A stretch of DNA of 64,000 nt from a virus (taxonomy: Duplodnaviria > Caudoviricetes): positions 1,690-65,689 of the IMG/VR virus record IMGVR_UViG_3300042197_002404; one strand, written 5' to 3'. A program made the position numbers and the translations under genes. Positions 8,915-19,090 of the stretch are shown here, one piece after another. Numbering within the stretch: position 1 is the first letter of the stretch; the number at the start of each line of letters is the position of its first letter. The notes beneath the pieces were generated by a model. The model had not been told where the DNA came from. It did not search any database and saw only the letters and a list, made by a program, of their open reading frames with translations.

Positions 8915-9223
8915 TCAACCACCACTACCAAATAACCAAGAATCATAACTATCCCAAGCACTTACTCCAGTAAGTCCTGATCCATCACCATAAAACGTAA
9001 CTGCTGTACCTGGTCTTGCAGTTACAATACCAGTTACTTCAATACCAGATCTTGCAGTAATCAAACCAACAGAATCAACATTCGTTACATCTTCATAAGT
9101 TATTGTTCCTGCAATTGATACATTACCTGAGAATGTCGCTGCAGCACCTACAACTACACCTTGAGAGAGTGTAGGTGCTCCGCCTGTTCTATTCTTAATA
9201 GTATCAACGTATAACTGCGACAT
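8915..9223 (-). CDS. Short tail-fibre protein
   Basis: MSQLYVDTIKNRTGGAP; TITYEDVTNVDSVGLITARSGI cyanophage fibre repeat; ends YDSWLFGSGG. Confidence 0.75.
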   Translation of the reverse strand: MSQLYVDTIKNRTGGAPTLSQGVVVGAAATFSGNVSIAGTITYEDVTNVDSVGLITARSGIEVTGIVTARPGTAVTFYGDGSGLTGVSAWDSYDSWLFGSGG

Positions 9224-9243
9224 TTTAGATACTTTTTAGTTAT

Positions 9244-11367
9244 TTATGATGGGTATGCGATGAGGACGATACCGGAACCACCGTTGCCAGAATATCCAGC
9301 ACTATCACCACCAGTTCCACCACCACCAGATCCACTATTTTCAAGTGCATTGGAACCAGGACTATTTTTTCCTGCATTTCCCGCCCCCGCAAATGGTGAA
9401 GTATCTACACCAGGACCAACACCTCCATATCCAGTAACTGGTGTTCCTCCCCCCAAAGGATTTATACCACCACCCCCACCACCAGCAACATAATACTTAC
9501 CAGTCGTATCTGCACCATTTACCAATGGTGATGTTGGACCGGGATGTCCTACAGATGATGTTGGGTTTCTGAATGTTGCAGGAAGTTGAATACCTAAACC
9601 ACCATTTCCACCTTTACCATCAGTTCCAAATGTTCCACTAACACCAGCACTGCCAGCACCGCCACCACCACCACCAGAATATCCTTGTCCGCCAGATACA
9701 CCCGCACCACCTGCGTGACCCCATCCGGAAGCAGGTGAAGAACCAATCGTTCCTGGGAATGGAGCTCCTGTTGCTGGCCCTGGATTTGCATTAGTACCTG
9801 TGCCGCCACCGCCGCCACCGCCGCCACCAGATCCACCGGGACCACCACCAGTTTTTGGCGATGCATCTGCCATAGCACCATAACCCCCAGTTGGTGCAGT
9901 AATTGGAACCCCAAAGAATGATGGTGTACCAACTGTCCCGTGAGCACTTCCAGGGGTTTTTGGTGATGCTCCACCAGCACCAACTTGAATACTTATTGCC
10001 TGTGGACCAGATATTGTGGTTGTTGCAGTTCTGTATGAACCAGCACCACCACCTCCTCCACCGCCTCCTTGAGAAGCGCCGCAGGCTCCACCAGATGCCC
10101 CACCACCAAGAACAACATACTCTACAGTTTCATTAAAACTTCCAGGAGCAGTAAAGGTTCCTGTACTCGTAAAAGTATGAATGGTCTTACCACCATAATA
10201 ACTAATAGCACCACCAGTTGCTTTTGCAGTGGCTGTGAGTTGTCCGATTTGGTAACGAACGACTACGATACCGGAACCACCGTTACCACCCTTTGAATTG
10301 CTGTGCGTACTTCCGCCTCCACCACCTCCAGTACTGTATCCAGCATTTCCTCCATTCGCATTAGGACCAGGATTTCCTGATTGACCAGTCGTGCGTCCTC
10401 CCGCTCCAGCTGCACCGATCGGATCTCCACCTCCTCCTCCACCGCCGCCGGCGCCTCCGTTTCCTCCTTGAAAACCTCCAGAAGCTGATCCGCCGCCGCC
10501 ACCGCCAGCGTAAGTATAAGTTGTTCCTTCAATATTAATAGGAGAACCACTACCCCCAGCACCGCCAGCAGATCCAGCTTGAGCAGGTTGTCCTGCACCA
10601 CCTGCACCACCTCCACCACCGGCAAGATAATCTGGTCCACTTTGACGAAGACCATAACCACCAGGATTACCCTGAGATGGTGAATATGGAGGTGTATTGC
10701 CGGCACCCCCTGGTTGTTGTGTTCCGCCAGGTGTATTTTCTTCTCCACCACCACCACCGGATCCTCCGGATAAACCGTTTTCATTAAAAGCGCCGCCACC
10801 ACCACCGCCGTCCGAGCGAATAAAAGAAGGTGATGGATAGGAAACTGGAGTTGGATAGAACTCAGAAACAGATCCGGAAACCCCATTAAACGGGATGTTA
10901 GGTCCGGCCGTAACTTGTCCGGAACCTCCTACTCCACCTCCTCCTACGGAAACTGTATAAGGACCCACCGAAATCGTGTAACTGGATCCAGCAAGTGGGT
11001 GCCCTGATTTATTAGTAAGAAAACCACCACCTCCACCTCCTCCACCACCACCAGCCCCACCGCCACCTCCACCAGCAACCACAAGATACTCTACATTAGA
11101 TCCAAAATCACCTAATGCACTTACACTAAAAGTACCTGATGAAGTAAAGATATGTGCTCTATAGACATCAGACCCATCTATGTAATCACTAATCACACCA
11201 CCAGTTGCTGTGAGTCCTTGTAGAGCAACACCAGGAGCATTATAAATGTTACCTTGTCTTTGAAAATATCCGTTTGTAAAAAGACTTAAAAGACCACCAC
11301 CAGTTCCATCTCCAGGATCAGTAGCAGTATCTTGTGCTTTACCAATTCTTCTTCCAATATAACTCAT
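9244..11367 (-). CDS. Two-domain glycine-rich adhesin-like protein
   Basis: Conserved boxes GLTATGGVISDY, GSGIVVVRYQIGQLTATAKATGGAISYYGGKTIHTFTS and GSGIVLIAYPS. Confidence 0.85.
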   Translation of the reverse strand: MSYIGRRIGKAQDTATDPGDGTGGGLLSLFTNGYFQRQGNIYNAPGVALQGLTATGGVISDYIDGSDVYRAHIFTSSGTFSVSALGDFGSNVEYLVVAGGGGGGAGGGGGGGGGGFLTNKSGHPLAGSSYTISVGPYTVSVGGGGVGGSGQVTAGPNIPFNGVSGSVSEFYPTPVSYPSPSFIRSDGGGGGGAFNENGLSGGSGGGGGEENTPGGTQQPGGAGNTPPYSPSQGNPGGYGLRQSGPDYLAGGGGGAGGAGQPAQAGSAGGAGGSGSPINIEGTTYTYAGGGGGGSASGGFQGGNGGAGGGGGGGGDPIGAAGAGGRTTGQSGNPGPNANGGNAGYSTGGGGGGSTHSNSKGGNGGSGIVVVRYQIGQLTATAKATGGAISYYGGKTIHTFTSTGTFTAPGSFNETVEYVVLGGGASGGACGASQGGGGGGGGAGSYRTATTTISGPQAISIQVGAGGASPKTPGSAHGTVGTPSFFGVPITAPTGGYGAMADASPKTGGGPGGSGGGGGGGGGTGTNANPGPATGAPFPGTIGSSPASGWGHAGGAGVSGGQGYSGGGGGGAGSAGVSGTFGTDGKGGNGGLGIQLPATFRNPTSSVGHPGPTSPLVNGADTTGKYYVAGGGGGGINPLGGGTPVTGYGGVGPGVDTSPFAGAGNAGKNSPGSNALENSGSGGGGTGGDSAGYSGNGGSGIVLIAYPS

Positions 11368-11381
11368 TTCTATTACTCTCC

Positions 11382-11762
11382 TTAGCTGATTTCTTCATAA
11401 GAGCAAATAATGTCTATATTTCCTGCATTTGCTTGTTTAAATGCACCAAGGGATCTATTTTCTTCTAAGTATATTGCATTCTCTTTACTAATGACTGCTA
11501 ATGATGAATAAGTAGGAACTGAAAGTGTTGCACCAATCGAAACTGAACTTCCTACTCCTGCTGCCTGTCCAAAATACTTTACAGTCACACCAGTTGTATT
11601 ACCAAGTCCTGCTGCAACCAGAGAGTTAATCTTTAATACCTTACCACTCGCAGCTGGATTTGATACAACTACTGAAACACCAGCAGACTCAGTATTGATA
11701 CCAGCAATAAATGTTGTAACGCCTGTGATACTCGCAACATTTACAATATTAGGAGCAGTCAT
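11382..11762 (-). CDS. Fibre cap/adaptor, MxAPNIV family
   Basis: MTAPNIVNV...KINSL...IYLEEN...ICSYEEIS; paralog of 18673..19050. Confidence 0.75.
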   Translation of the reverse strand: MTAPNIVNVASITGVTTFIAGINTESAGVSVVVSNPAASGKVLKINSLVAAGLGNTTGVTVKYFGQAAGVGSSVSIGATLSVPTYSSLAVISKENAIYLEENRSLGAFKQANAGNIDIICSYEEIS

Positions 11763-11791
11763 TTCCTATTATACCTCTTTTGTAGTATTTA

Positions 11792-12019
11792 TCATCCAAA
11801 AACTATTGACATAGCAGCAGCTTTACCCGTAATACCAGTCATACTTGATGCAGACCCAACAAATGATGTTGCTTCAACAACTCCAGAGGAAATGGTAACT
11901 GCTGTTCCTACTTTAATTGATGTTGCAGTTGCTACACCAGTTATAGTTGCACCATTTGGAAAATCTGGTGCTCCTGTATCCTCTTTATTAACAATAGTAT
12001 CAACCTGTATCTTTGACAT
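11792..12019 (-). CDS. Short tail-fibre protein
   Basis: MSKIQVDTIVNKEDTGAPDFPNG...GKAAAMSIVFG. Confidence 0.75.
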   Translation of the reverse strand: MSKIQVDTIVNKEDTGAPDFPNGATITGVATATSIKVGTAVTISSGVVEATSFVGSASSMTGITGKAAAMSIVFG

Positions 12020-12040
12020 TAGCTTATTGTTTTTGAGTAT

Positions 12041-14104
12041 TTATGAAGGATATGCGATGAGGACGATTCCGGAACCACCAGAACCACCCGAGTAAGAAAC
12101 TCCTGGACTTCCAGAAACAGGATAATTTCTTTCAGATCCACCACCACCACCGCCAGTGCTCTGCAGTCCGCTTCCTGCTTGTGCCTTATTTCCCGCTCCA
12201 CCGCCGGCAAAAGAAGAATCATTTATTGGTGAATCAGTCCAAGGATATGGTTTTCCTCCACCTGGTCCACCAAATTGTCCGCTGTTACCGCCACCACCGC
12301 CAGCAAACCAATACAACCCTGAGGTATCACCACCAGGATTAGTTCCTGGAACTGGTCCTGTTGGTCCGGAAGCACCAACTCTTGATATTGGATTTCTAAA
12401 TGTTGCTGGAATTTGTCTACCTAATCCACCAACACCTGCTGCAGTTGCTGGTGCATTAGGTCCTGCACCACCATCTGGATATGGTCCAGCACCATCAGTA
12501 CCAGCGCCGCCTGCACCACCACCGCCGCCGGACGTTGACCAAGGACCAGGACCACCAGATCCTCCCGCATACCCTTGTCCCGGAGTTCCACTTCCACCAG
12601 AACCACTAAATCCAGATCCACCACCACCAGAACCACCAGAACTTCCTGGACCAGCACTACCTATAGTAGATCCTCCTCCTCCACCACCAGTTGCAGTTAT
12701 TGGAGTTCCAAAATATGATGGAGTGCCCTGAGTTCCTGGAACATTAGGTCCAACAGATGGTGATGCAGCACCAGCTCCAACTTGAATAGCAACACTTACT
12801 GGATGTGTTCCAATTGGAGTTGTCCCATCTAGATATCCACCTGCTCCACCACCACCCGCGTGATATGTTGATCCACCAGAACCACCACCTGCGACTACAA
12901 CATACTCTACATTAGTTGCAGTCCAGTTTGGTGCTGTCGCAAAAGTACCAGAACTCGTAAAGGTATGAATCGTCTTACCACCATAATAACTTATGGCACC
13001 ACCAGTTGCTTTTGCGGTTGCTGTGAGTTGTCCGATTTGGTAGCGGACTACTACGATTCCGGAACCACCAGATCCTGTAATTGGTCTAGTGCTATGAGAT
13101 GATCCTCCACCACCACTACCCGTGCTATAAACACCATTTCCTCCCTGAGGGACTGTTCCACTTGCACCTGTTCCACCAAGACCATTTCCCCCGGTGCCTC
13201 CTGGATGCGGAGGACTTGCATCAGCATACCCTCCCCCGCCACCACCAGCAGCATAATGAGTTGTTATCCCACTAATATTACTTGGTTGTCCTGATGCGCC
13301 ATTACCGCCAGCATATGGAGGTCCAGAATAATCTGATCCTACGCCACCAGCACCACCTCCTCCACCGCAAGAAACAGTTATTGCATTAATCCAAATACCA
13401 GCTCCACCATTGTTTCCTTGAGGTGATATTGGTGTTGGTGTGGATCCTCCTGGTTGACGACTTCCTGTTCCACCAGGCGCAGGAGACCCTGCAGAAGGTC
13501 CAGCTCCTCCGCCTCCACCAGATCCACCAGGATTTCCTGTCGTATTTGCTGTTGGTCCACCATTATGAAATCCACCTCCTCTTCCCCCACCATATGCAGT
13601 CATTCCATTTGGTGTTGATGGTGGACCAAAATATGATGGATTTCCATCATTTGAAATTGCAGAACCACCTGCTCCACCTGCACCAATCGTTACAGTATAT
13701 CCACCAGTCCCATTTCCACCAGTTGTTGAAACTGGAAATGAAGGTGCATATGGAGCATAAGGGTCTCCAGATTTATTTGTTACATATCCACCAGCACCAC
13801 CACCACCACCACCAATAGAAGGAGCATAACCACCAGATCCACCACCAGCAACAACAAGATACTCAATAGTGTCTCCATAATCACCTAATGCACTTACACT
13901 AAAAGTACCTGATGAAGTAAAGATGTGTGCTCTATAAACTGTTGAACCATCAGTATAATCACTAATCACACCACCAGTTGCTGTTAGTCCTGATAAAGTT
14001 TGAGTAAAACCTTTCTCTGCAGAATGATATTGAACTGCTTTACCACTTACAAAATAATCTAAAAGAGATTGTTTTGCACTTCCTTGAATACTTTTAAATG
14101 CCAT
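12041..14104 (-). CDS. Two-domain glycine-rich adhesin-like protein
   Basis: Same three conserved boxes as 9244..11367. Confidence 0.85.
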   Translation of the reverse strand: MAFKSIQGSAKQSLLDYFVSGKAVQYHSAEKGFTQTLSGLTATGGVISDYTDGSTVYRAHIFTSSGTFSVSALGDYGDTIEYLVVAGGGSGGYAPSIGGGGGGAGGYVTNKSGDPYAPYAPSFPVSTTGGNGTGGYTVTIGAGGAGGSAISNDGNPSYFGPPSTPNGMTAYGGGRGGGFHNGGPTANTTGNPGGSGGGGGAGPSAGSPAPGGTGSRQPGGSTPTPISPQGNNGGAGIWINAITVSCGGGGGAGGVGSDYSGPPYAGGNGASGQPSNISGITTHYAAGGGGGGYADASPPHPGGTGGNGLGGTGASGTVPQGGNGVYSTGSGGGGSSHSTRPITGSGGSGIVVVRYQIGQLTATAKATGGAISYYGGKTIHTFTSSGTFATAPNWTATNVEYVVVAGGGSGGSTYHAGGGGAGGYLDGTTPIGTHPVSVAIQVGAGAASPSVGPNVPGTQGTPSYFGTPITATGGGGGGSTIGSAGPGSSGGSGGGGSGFSGSGGSGTPGQGYAGGSGGPGPWSTSGGGGGAGGAGTDGAGPYPDGGAGPNAPATAAGVGGLGRQIPATFRNPISRVGASGPTGPVPGTNPGGDTSGLYWFAGGGGGNSGQFGGPGGGKPYPWTDSPINDSSFAGGGAGNKAQAGSGLQSTGGGGGGSERNYPVSGSPGVSYSGGSGGSGIVLIAYPS

Positions 14105-14105
14105 A

Positions 14106-14468
14106 TCAGACCTCTTTATCGCCTAATACTAATACATTAATAGAGTTTGCTGTCGTTCCTTCGTTATAAACTTGTAAACTATCGCCAGTTGCACTTAATG
14201 TGATTGGATATGCAGGTTCAAAGAAAAATGTATCGTTTGTTGAAATACCGATTTTTGCTACTTGAGTTGTTGATGATGCAGTACCAGCACTTCCACCGCT
14301 GTTCTGAACGACGTGTACCTTAACGTTTTGAGTACCAGATGTACTCAGATTATGAAGTAAAACACTCTTAATATAAGCAGTTTGTGCCGAACCCACCGTA
14401 TAAACTGCAGCGGTGACTCCTGCTCCAATCTGTGTTGTAAACCCTAAGTTACCTCTATTAAGTGCCAT
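14106..14468 (-). CDS. Fibre cap/adaptor, MALxR family
   Basis: MALNRGNL...YIKSVLLHN...DTFFFEPAYP...LGDKEV. Confidence 0.75.
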   Translation of the reverse strand: MALNRGNLGFTTQIGAGVTAAVYTVGSAQTAYIKSVLLHNLSTSGTQNVKVHVVQNSGGSAGTASSTTQVAKIGISTNDTFFFEPAYPITLSATGDSLQVYNEGTTANSINVLVLGDKEV

Positions 14469-14490
14469 CTTATTTCTGTTTTATATCTAT

Positions 14491-14712
14491 TTAGAAGAGT
14501 GAACTATCGCGCCAATCTGATGTTGCAGGAATACCAGAGTATGTTGTTGCTGTGATAACTCCAACAACAAGATTTGGTGTACCCGTTAAACCAGTTGCAT
14601 TACCATCAAATGTAGTAGCCGTTGCAATACCAGTAATCACAACACCATCAGGTAATGTGGGTGAACTTCCTGCAGTTCTACCTCTTAGATTTGTAACTCT
14701 TAAGTCTGACAT
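14491..14712 (-). CDS. Short tail-fibre protein
   Basis: MSDLRVTNLRGRTAGSSPTLPDG...DWRDSSLF. Confidence 0.7.
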   Translation of the reverse strand: MSDLRVTNLRGRTAGSSPTLPDGVVITGIATATTFDGNATGLTGTPNLVVGVITATTYSGIPATSDWRDSSLF

Positions 14713-15407
14713 TAGAGATCTCCAATTTGAAGGATATCAATAATCATAGTCTTACCAGCACCAACGGTAACTGCAACACCAGATGCAACAGCAACATTTG
14801 GAACAACTGAAACGATATAAGACGTTGTAGCACCAGCAACTGATGTGTCTAGGTCTAGATTTTCTGTAACTGTTGCATATGCATCAATATAACTGAATGG
14901 TGATTGAGTTCCATCAGTATAGTTGATAGCAGTTCCAAGACCGCCACCGCCTCCACCGCCTGCAATACTGATATCAATCGTATTACCATTAACTGCAAAT
15001 GTATTTCCAGTTCCTACAAAGTTAAGTGTAGTTGCAGCACCAATAACAGTACCTGCAGACTGAATACCGATTGATGCACCTGTAAGTGTACCAGTAACCG
15101 TTAGATTGCCGTAGATTGTTTGATCTGATTCTGCAGAAACAATCGCATCAGCAACACGGAAATCATCAAAGATTTGAAACTCTAGCACATCAGATGCAGA
15201 TGCTGGTGAAAGTAAAGTAACTGATGCACCATCTCTTGCGGTGTAGTCAGTTCCATCAACTAATCTTACACCGTTTCTGAAAACGCTGAGTTGATTGATT
15301 CTGTAACCACCATCAACATTAAAAAGTGTCTGAGATGCGGTTGCAGTTACACTTATGACTTTTGAAGCCACATTATTTGTTAATGATACTGGGCGTCCTA
15401 TTGCCAT
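14712..15407 (-). CDS. Tail-fibre junction/hub protein
   Basis: VFRNGVRLVDGTDYTA.DG.SVTL...DVLE domain; GIQSAG..TTLNFVGTGNTF; paralog of 19819..20505. Confidence 0.7.
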   Translation of the reverse strand: MAIGRPVSLTNNVASKVISVTATASQTLFNVDGGYRINQLSVFRNGVRLVDGTDYTARDGASVTLLSPASASDVLEFQIFDDFRVADAIVSAESDQTIYGNLTVTGTLTGASIGIQSAGTVIGAATTLNFVGTGNTFAVNGNTIDISIAGGGGGGGLGTAINYTDGTQSPFSYIDAYATVTENLDLDTSVAGATTSYIVSVVPNVAVASGVAVTVGAGKTMIIDILQIGDL

Positions 15408-15433
15408 CTTATTGTTTTTTAGTTATTTATAAA

Positions 15434-16042
15434 TTATGGAATAAGATATAAAAACTGAGACATACTATATCTAGCATTTCCCGTAAAAATTTTATTCTCT
15501 TCAATAATAACTTTTTCAACTTTATGAAAAACAAATGATGGGAATAAAATAGTTGAATTATTTTTTGCGATTACCAAATAATCATATTCAGAAAAAATAA
15601 GATCACCACCTTTATATTTTTTCGGTTCTTTATAAAACCAAGTTATAGCAGTATATAAAGATGCATCGGAATGTGAATCATAGTAATCACCATTCTGATA
15701 ATAACTTATAATTGTCCTATCATGGTTAATTTTTTTTATAGAATTATAACCAAAACTCAGTTCAGAATAACAATTCAAAATCTTTTTATCAAATATTTTG
15801 GCATTAAGATTTAAGATATAAGAAGAATCTCTATTTGTATAAAAATCATCAAGAAAAACTGCATTATTGTTTTTTAAACATTTTCCATCTTCTGTTGCTG
15901 ATCCCGTTAGATGTGGGGGATTGAGAATATTTTTTGCCGTCAAAAAGTTAAGTTCTTTCCAAATATAAATTAATTCTTCATCAGAATAAATATCTTCTAT
16001 CAATAAATGAGGAAAAGGATCTTTAATTGGAATTATGTTCAT
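15434..16042 (-). CDS. Prolyl-4-hydroxylase-like 2OG-Fe(II) oxygenase
   Basis: YYQNGDYYDSHSD...GGDL.F...ILFPS..FHKV...ARYSMSQF. Confidence 0.8.
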   Translation of the reverse strand: MNIIPIKDPFPHLLIEDIYSDEELIYIWKELNFLTAKNILNPPHLTGSATEDGKCLKNNNAVFLDDFYTNRDSSYILNLNAKIFDKKILNCYSELSFGYNSIKKINHDRTIISYYQNGDYYDSHSDASLYTAITWFYKEPKKYKGGDLIFSEYDYLVIAKNNSTILFPSFVFHKVEKVIIEENKIFTGNARYSMSQFLYLIP

Positions 16043-16830
16043 TTAAATTCTATTTTTTGATTTTTTCTAAAAGTATTATATAAAGATTTTCCAAACCAAT
16101 CATGTGTTTTTAAAAAACTAATGTCTACAATATCCGACTTAAATTTTTCTTCATTTATATAATTTATTTTCATATTGAATTGATTTCTAACAAAAGGAAA
16201 TATCATTATCAATGGAGTGCCTTTTTTTATAAATTGAATATCATTATCAATTTCATTTAAATTTAAAGTTTTTTCTAAAATTGTGTTCCACTCAAAAAAC
16301 CATTTTATTGATATTGGGCTTACGTCCGTATGAATAATCGCACTGACTGTAGTAAATCTTTTTTCTCTAGTCCAAAAAGGATGAGTGTAATAACAGGATA
16401 CTCCTGGAGAAGTTTTTACATACCATGGAGAAGAAATTTTATGAAATCCATTATAAAACGGTATCTCGTCATCAGTCATTCCATCATACTCTTCAGAAGA
16501 ATGCAATCCATAATCAACTGATCCATGATAATTATGCTCCCAATCAAAGTATAAGTTTCCTGACGGCGGTTCACTTCTTACAAGAATATTAGTCCAGTTT
16601 TCAATAATATATCCAGTTTTTAAAAAATCAGTTATTCCTGGACATTTTTTTATATTTGTATCTTTAATTAATTTTTTATCGTGTAGAAAACTGAATGGAC
16701 ATTTTGATTTTGCCGTTGAGATATTTTTAGTGGAAGAAAACCATTCTGGAAATTCTTTATAACAAGGGACTGGTTCCGGTATTATATTTTTATATCTTTT
16801 TGGACAAATAAATTCAATTACGTTTGACAT
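16039..16830 (-). CDS. Conserved hypothetical protein (oxygenase-island associated)
   Basis: 263-aa ORF with IKKCPGI.DFL..GY, K..SPW..KT.PG.S and IKKGTPL..I.P motifs; coupled to the downstream oxygenase. Confidence 0.65.
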   Translation of the reverse strand: MSNVIEFICPKRYKNIIPEPVPCYKEFPEWFSSTKNISTAKSKCPFSFLHDKKLIKDTNIKKCPGITDFLKTGYIIENWTNILVRSEPPSGNLYFDWEHNYHGSVDYGLHSSEEYDGMTDDEIPFYNGFHKISSPWYVKTSPGVSCYYTHPFWTREKRFTTVSAIIHTDVSPISIKWFFEWNTILEKTLNLNEIDNDIQFIKKGTPLIMIFPFVRNQFNMKINYINEEKFKSDIVDISFLKTHDWFGKSLYNTFRKNQKIEFK

Positions 16831-16852
16831 TATTAACCATGACGTTAATAAT

Positions 16853-16881
16853 ATTATACTAAATTTTTACGAATTTTGCAA
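16853..16881 (-). promoter_or_regulatory. Sigma70-like early promoter
   Basis: TTGCAA-N17-TATAAT upstream of 16830. Confidence 0.55.
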
Positions 16882-17328
16882 AAAGGCATTAGCTTCATTT
16901 GTCAAATTTTCTATTTCGATTAGAATTTCATTCTCTTTTCTTAAAATTTCGTCCCAATTCCACGGTTTTTCCATTGTAAAGATAGGTACTTCAAAATATC
17001 CCGAAGAAATATCAATAACTTTTGCTGGTAGTAAAATTATATCTTCAGAAAAAGTAGGATTTCCATTTTTATCAAAAATTACATTTCCTTCTTGATCTAG
17101 ATTTAAATTTCTGTCTTGTCTTTCTGGAATTAATCGTTTATATTCGGGATGTGGAAAAACATAAGAGGGGAGTCCTGATATTCCATTTAAATTTAACTCA
17201 GAAAGAATTTGATTTCTCTTTGTTTCAGTATCTTCATCCCATCCATAAGAAACGGCGATTACATCTTCTGGTTTTGTGGAGATTAATTCATTTGCATCTC
17301 CATATACGTTGTAAAATAGATATTTCAT
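16867..17328 (-). CDS. Hypothetical protein
   Basis: 153-aa ORF co-oriented in the operon. Confidence 0.6.
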   Translation of the reverse strand: MKYLFYNVYGDANELISTKPEDVIAVSYGWDEDTETKRNQILSELNLNGISGLPSYVFPHPEYKRLIPERQDRNLNLDQEGNVIFDKNGNPTFSEDIILLPAKVIDISSGYFEVPIFTMEKPWNWDEILRKENEILIEIENLTNEANAFLQNS

Positions 17329-17338
17329 AACTCTAACC

Positions 17339-18664
17339 TTAGATTAATTTAAGTACTCTTGCCGTGCCCGCTCCACCAGAACCACCTGTACCACCTCTAG
17401 AGGGGTTTGTAGATGCTCCTCCAGATCCTCCATTAGATTGAACTGTAATAGAGGAGGAAACATTATCACATATTACAGTTACGGATCCGCCACCAGATCC
17501 ACCTCCTCCACCACCACAATATGGTTCGGGTGTTACTCCTCCCGCACCTCCACTAACACCATTAGCACTAATAGTGCCTGATCCAAATATTGAACCAAGA
17601 ACAATAAGAATTAGAACTCCTCCAACACCAGTTCCTCCCGGAGTGCCAGTAACGCCATCGTAAATAGCAACAGGAGCTGGACCTCCAGGATTTCCTGCAC
17701 CTCCGCCGCCGCCAGAGTTTCCTGGAGCGGTATTATATGCACCAATTCCACCAAGACCATTGCTACCTTTGCCTCCCTGCCCGACTGCTAGTTGTGGGAT
17801 GACTGGTGCAGGAAATGGATTACCTGGAGTATAACCTTTTTGTTCTGTTGCCGGATTATAATCTGCGCCGCCACCGCCCCCAGGTCCTCCCGCAAAAGAA
17901 GTTCCAGGTTGCCCATTTGATCCATCAGTCCAAAAAGATTTTCCTCCTCCACCACCACCACCTGTTCCTCCAGATGATCCAGAAGTTCCTGTTCCACCAA
18001 CAGATGAAACGCCAGGAGTTCCTATTGATGCTGGACTACCACCGGAACCACCTGTGGCAGGAACATTTCCATTAACTATAGAACTTTTAATTCCATAAAA
18101 AATTGAAATTGCAGATGCACTTAAAGGAGATCCTGCAGGGCTATGGTTTGCCCCCTTACCTGTCATTGAAATTGTGCCATTTAAATAAAGATCACCTTTT
18201 ACATAAATGACAGTAAATAATTTTTTACCAGATGGAGTAAATGTTACACCACTTGGTATTGATAGGTTTTTATTAAAAATCAAAAAACTTGAAACTGAGT
18301 TTTCAGTAGCAGAAAACCAATCACTACTTGTAAATGAATTTATATCAGTATCTGTTTTTTTGACAATATATTCATAATTGCCCAAACTTTGGCCATCAAT
18401 TGTTAATGATCCTGCATTAATAATGGAAGTATTATCTTTGTTATTAATTGATAATTTTGAGCATAAATTAATTATAGATTTTTTAAATTCTAAATTTAAG
18501 TTTAATGGAACGTGGATGGAAGTTTGTGAAAGTTGTGATATTCCGCCGGAAATTATATTATTTACAGGCACCACACTTCCTGGTCCACTTATAACGCCAT
18601 TATAGATTTGTCTTTCAGGTTCTCCACTATTAAATCTAGAAACTGGAGCAATAGTTCTTGGCAT
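17339..18664 (-). CDS. Glycine-rich adhesin-like protein, divergent type
   Basis: C-terminal polyglycine motifs GGVLILIV...ISANG...GGGGGGSGGGSVTV. Confidence 0.75.
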   Translation of the reverse strand: MPRTIAPVSRFNSGEPERQIYNGVISGPGSVVPVNNIISGGISQLSQTSIHVPLNLNLEFKKSIINLCSKLSINNKDNTSIINAGSLTIDGQSLGNYEYIVKKTDTDINSFTSSDWFSATENSVSSFLIFNKNLSIPSGVTFTPSGKKLFTVIYVKGDLYLNGTISMTGKGANHSPAGSPLSASAISIFYGIKSSIVNGNVPATGGSGGSPASIGTPGVSSVGGTGTSGSSGGTGGGGGGGKSFWTDGSNGQPGTSFAGGPGGGGGADYNPATEQKGYTPGNPFPAPVIPQLAVGQGGKGSNGLGGIGAYNTAPGNSGGGGGAGNPGGPAPVAIYDGVTGTPGGTGVGGVLILIVLGSIFGSGTISANGVSGGAGGVTPEPYCGGGGGGSGGGSVTVICDNVSSSITVQSNGGSGGASTNPSRGGTGGSGGAGTARVLKLI

Positions 18665-18672
18665 TTTAAAAA

Positions 18673-19050
18673 TCAGATAATTTCTTCATATGAGCAAATT
18701 ACGTCTAAAGAATCTGACGCAGATGCCGTAACAACTATAGAATTGTTTTCTTCTAAATATATCGAAGATGCTTTATCCATAATAACAAGAGTGGACTCAC
18801 TTGCTATTCCCACATTTTTGGCAATGTTATATGCTGTTCCACCACCAGAAGCTGCATTATTAAAAGTAACAGTTATTTTAGTTGTAGATCCTGTAATCGA
18901 ATCATTGGCAACAATAATTGAATTTACTTTATATACAGAATTACTACTTGCTGCATTACTTAAGAGAACATTTGCGCTTGTATTAGGAATGCTGAGATAT
19001 GTTGTTTTTCCCGTTACAGTTGTTACACCTACAATATTTGGAGCTGCCAT
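18673..19050 (-). CDS. Fibre cap/adaptor, MxAPNIV family
   Basis: MAAPNIVGV...YKVNSII...IYLEEN...ICSYEEII. Confidence 0.75.
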   Translation of the reverse strand: MAAPNIVGVTTVTGKTTYLSIPNTSANVLLSNAASSNSVYKVNSIIVANDSITGSTTKITVTFNNAASGGGTAYNIAKNVGIASESTLVIMDKASSIYLEENNSIVVTASASDSLDVICSYEEII

Positions 19051-19090
19051 AGTTTTAAAAAAATTGTTTCTTTATTTATTTATTAAAAAA

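Noticed and set aside
727-13990. Possible diversity-generating retroelement (TR/VR pairs) among adhesin repeats
   Set aside because: No reverse transcriptase in the window, all repeats are coding, and mismatches are not adenine-specific.
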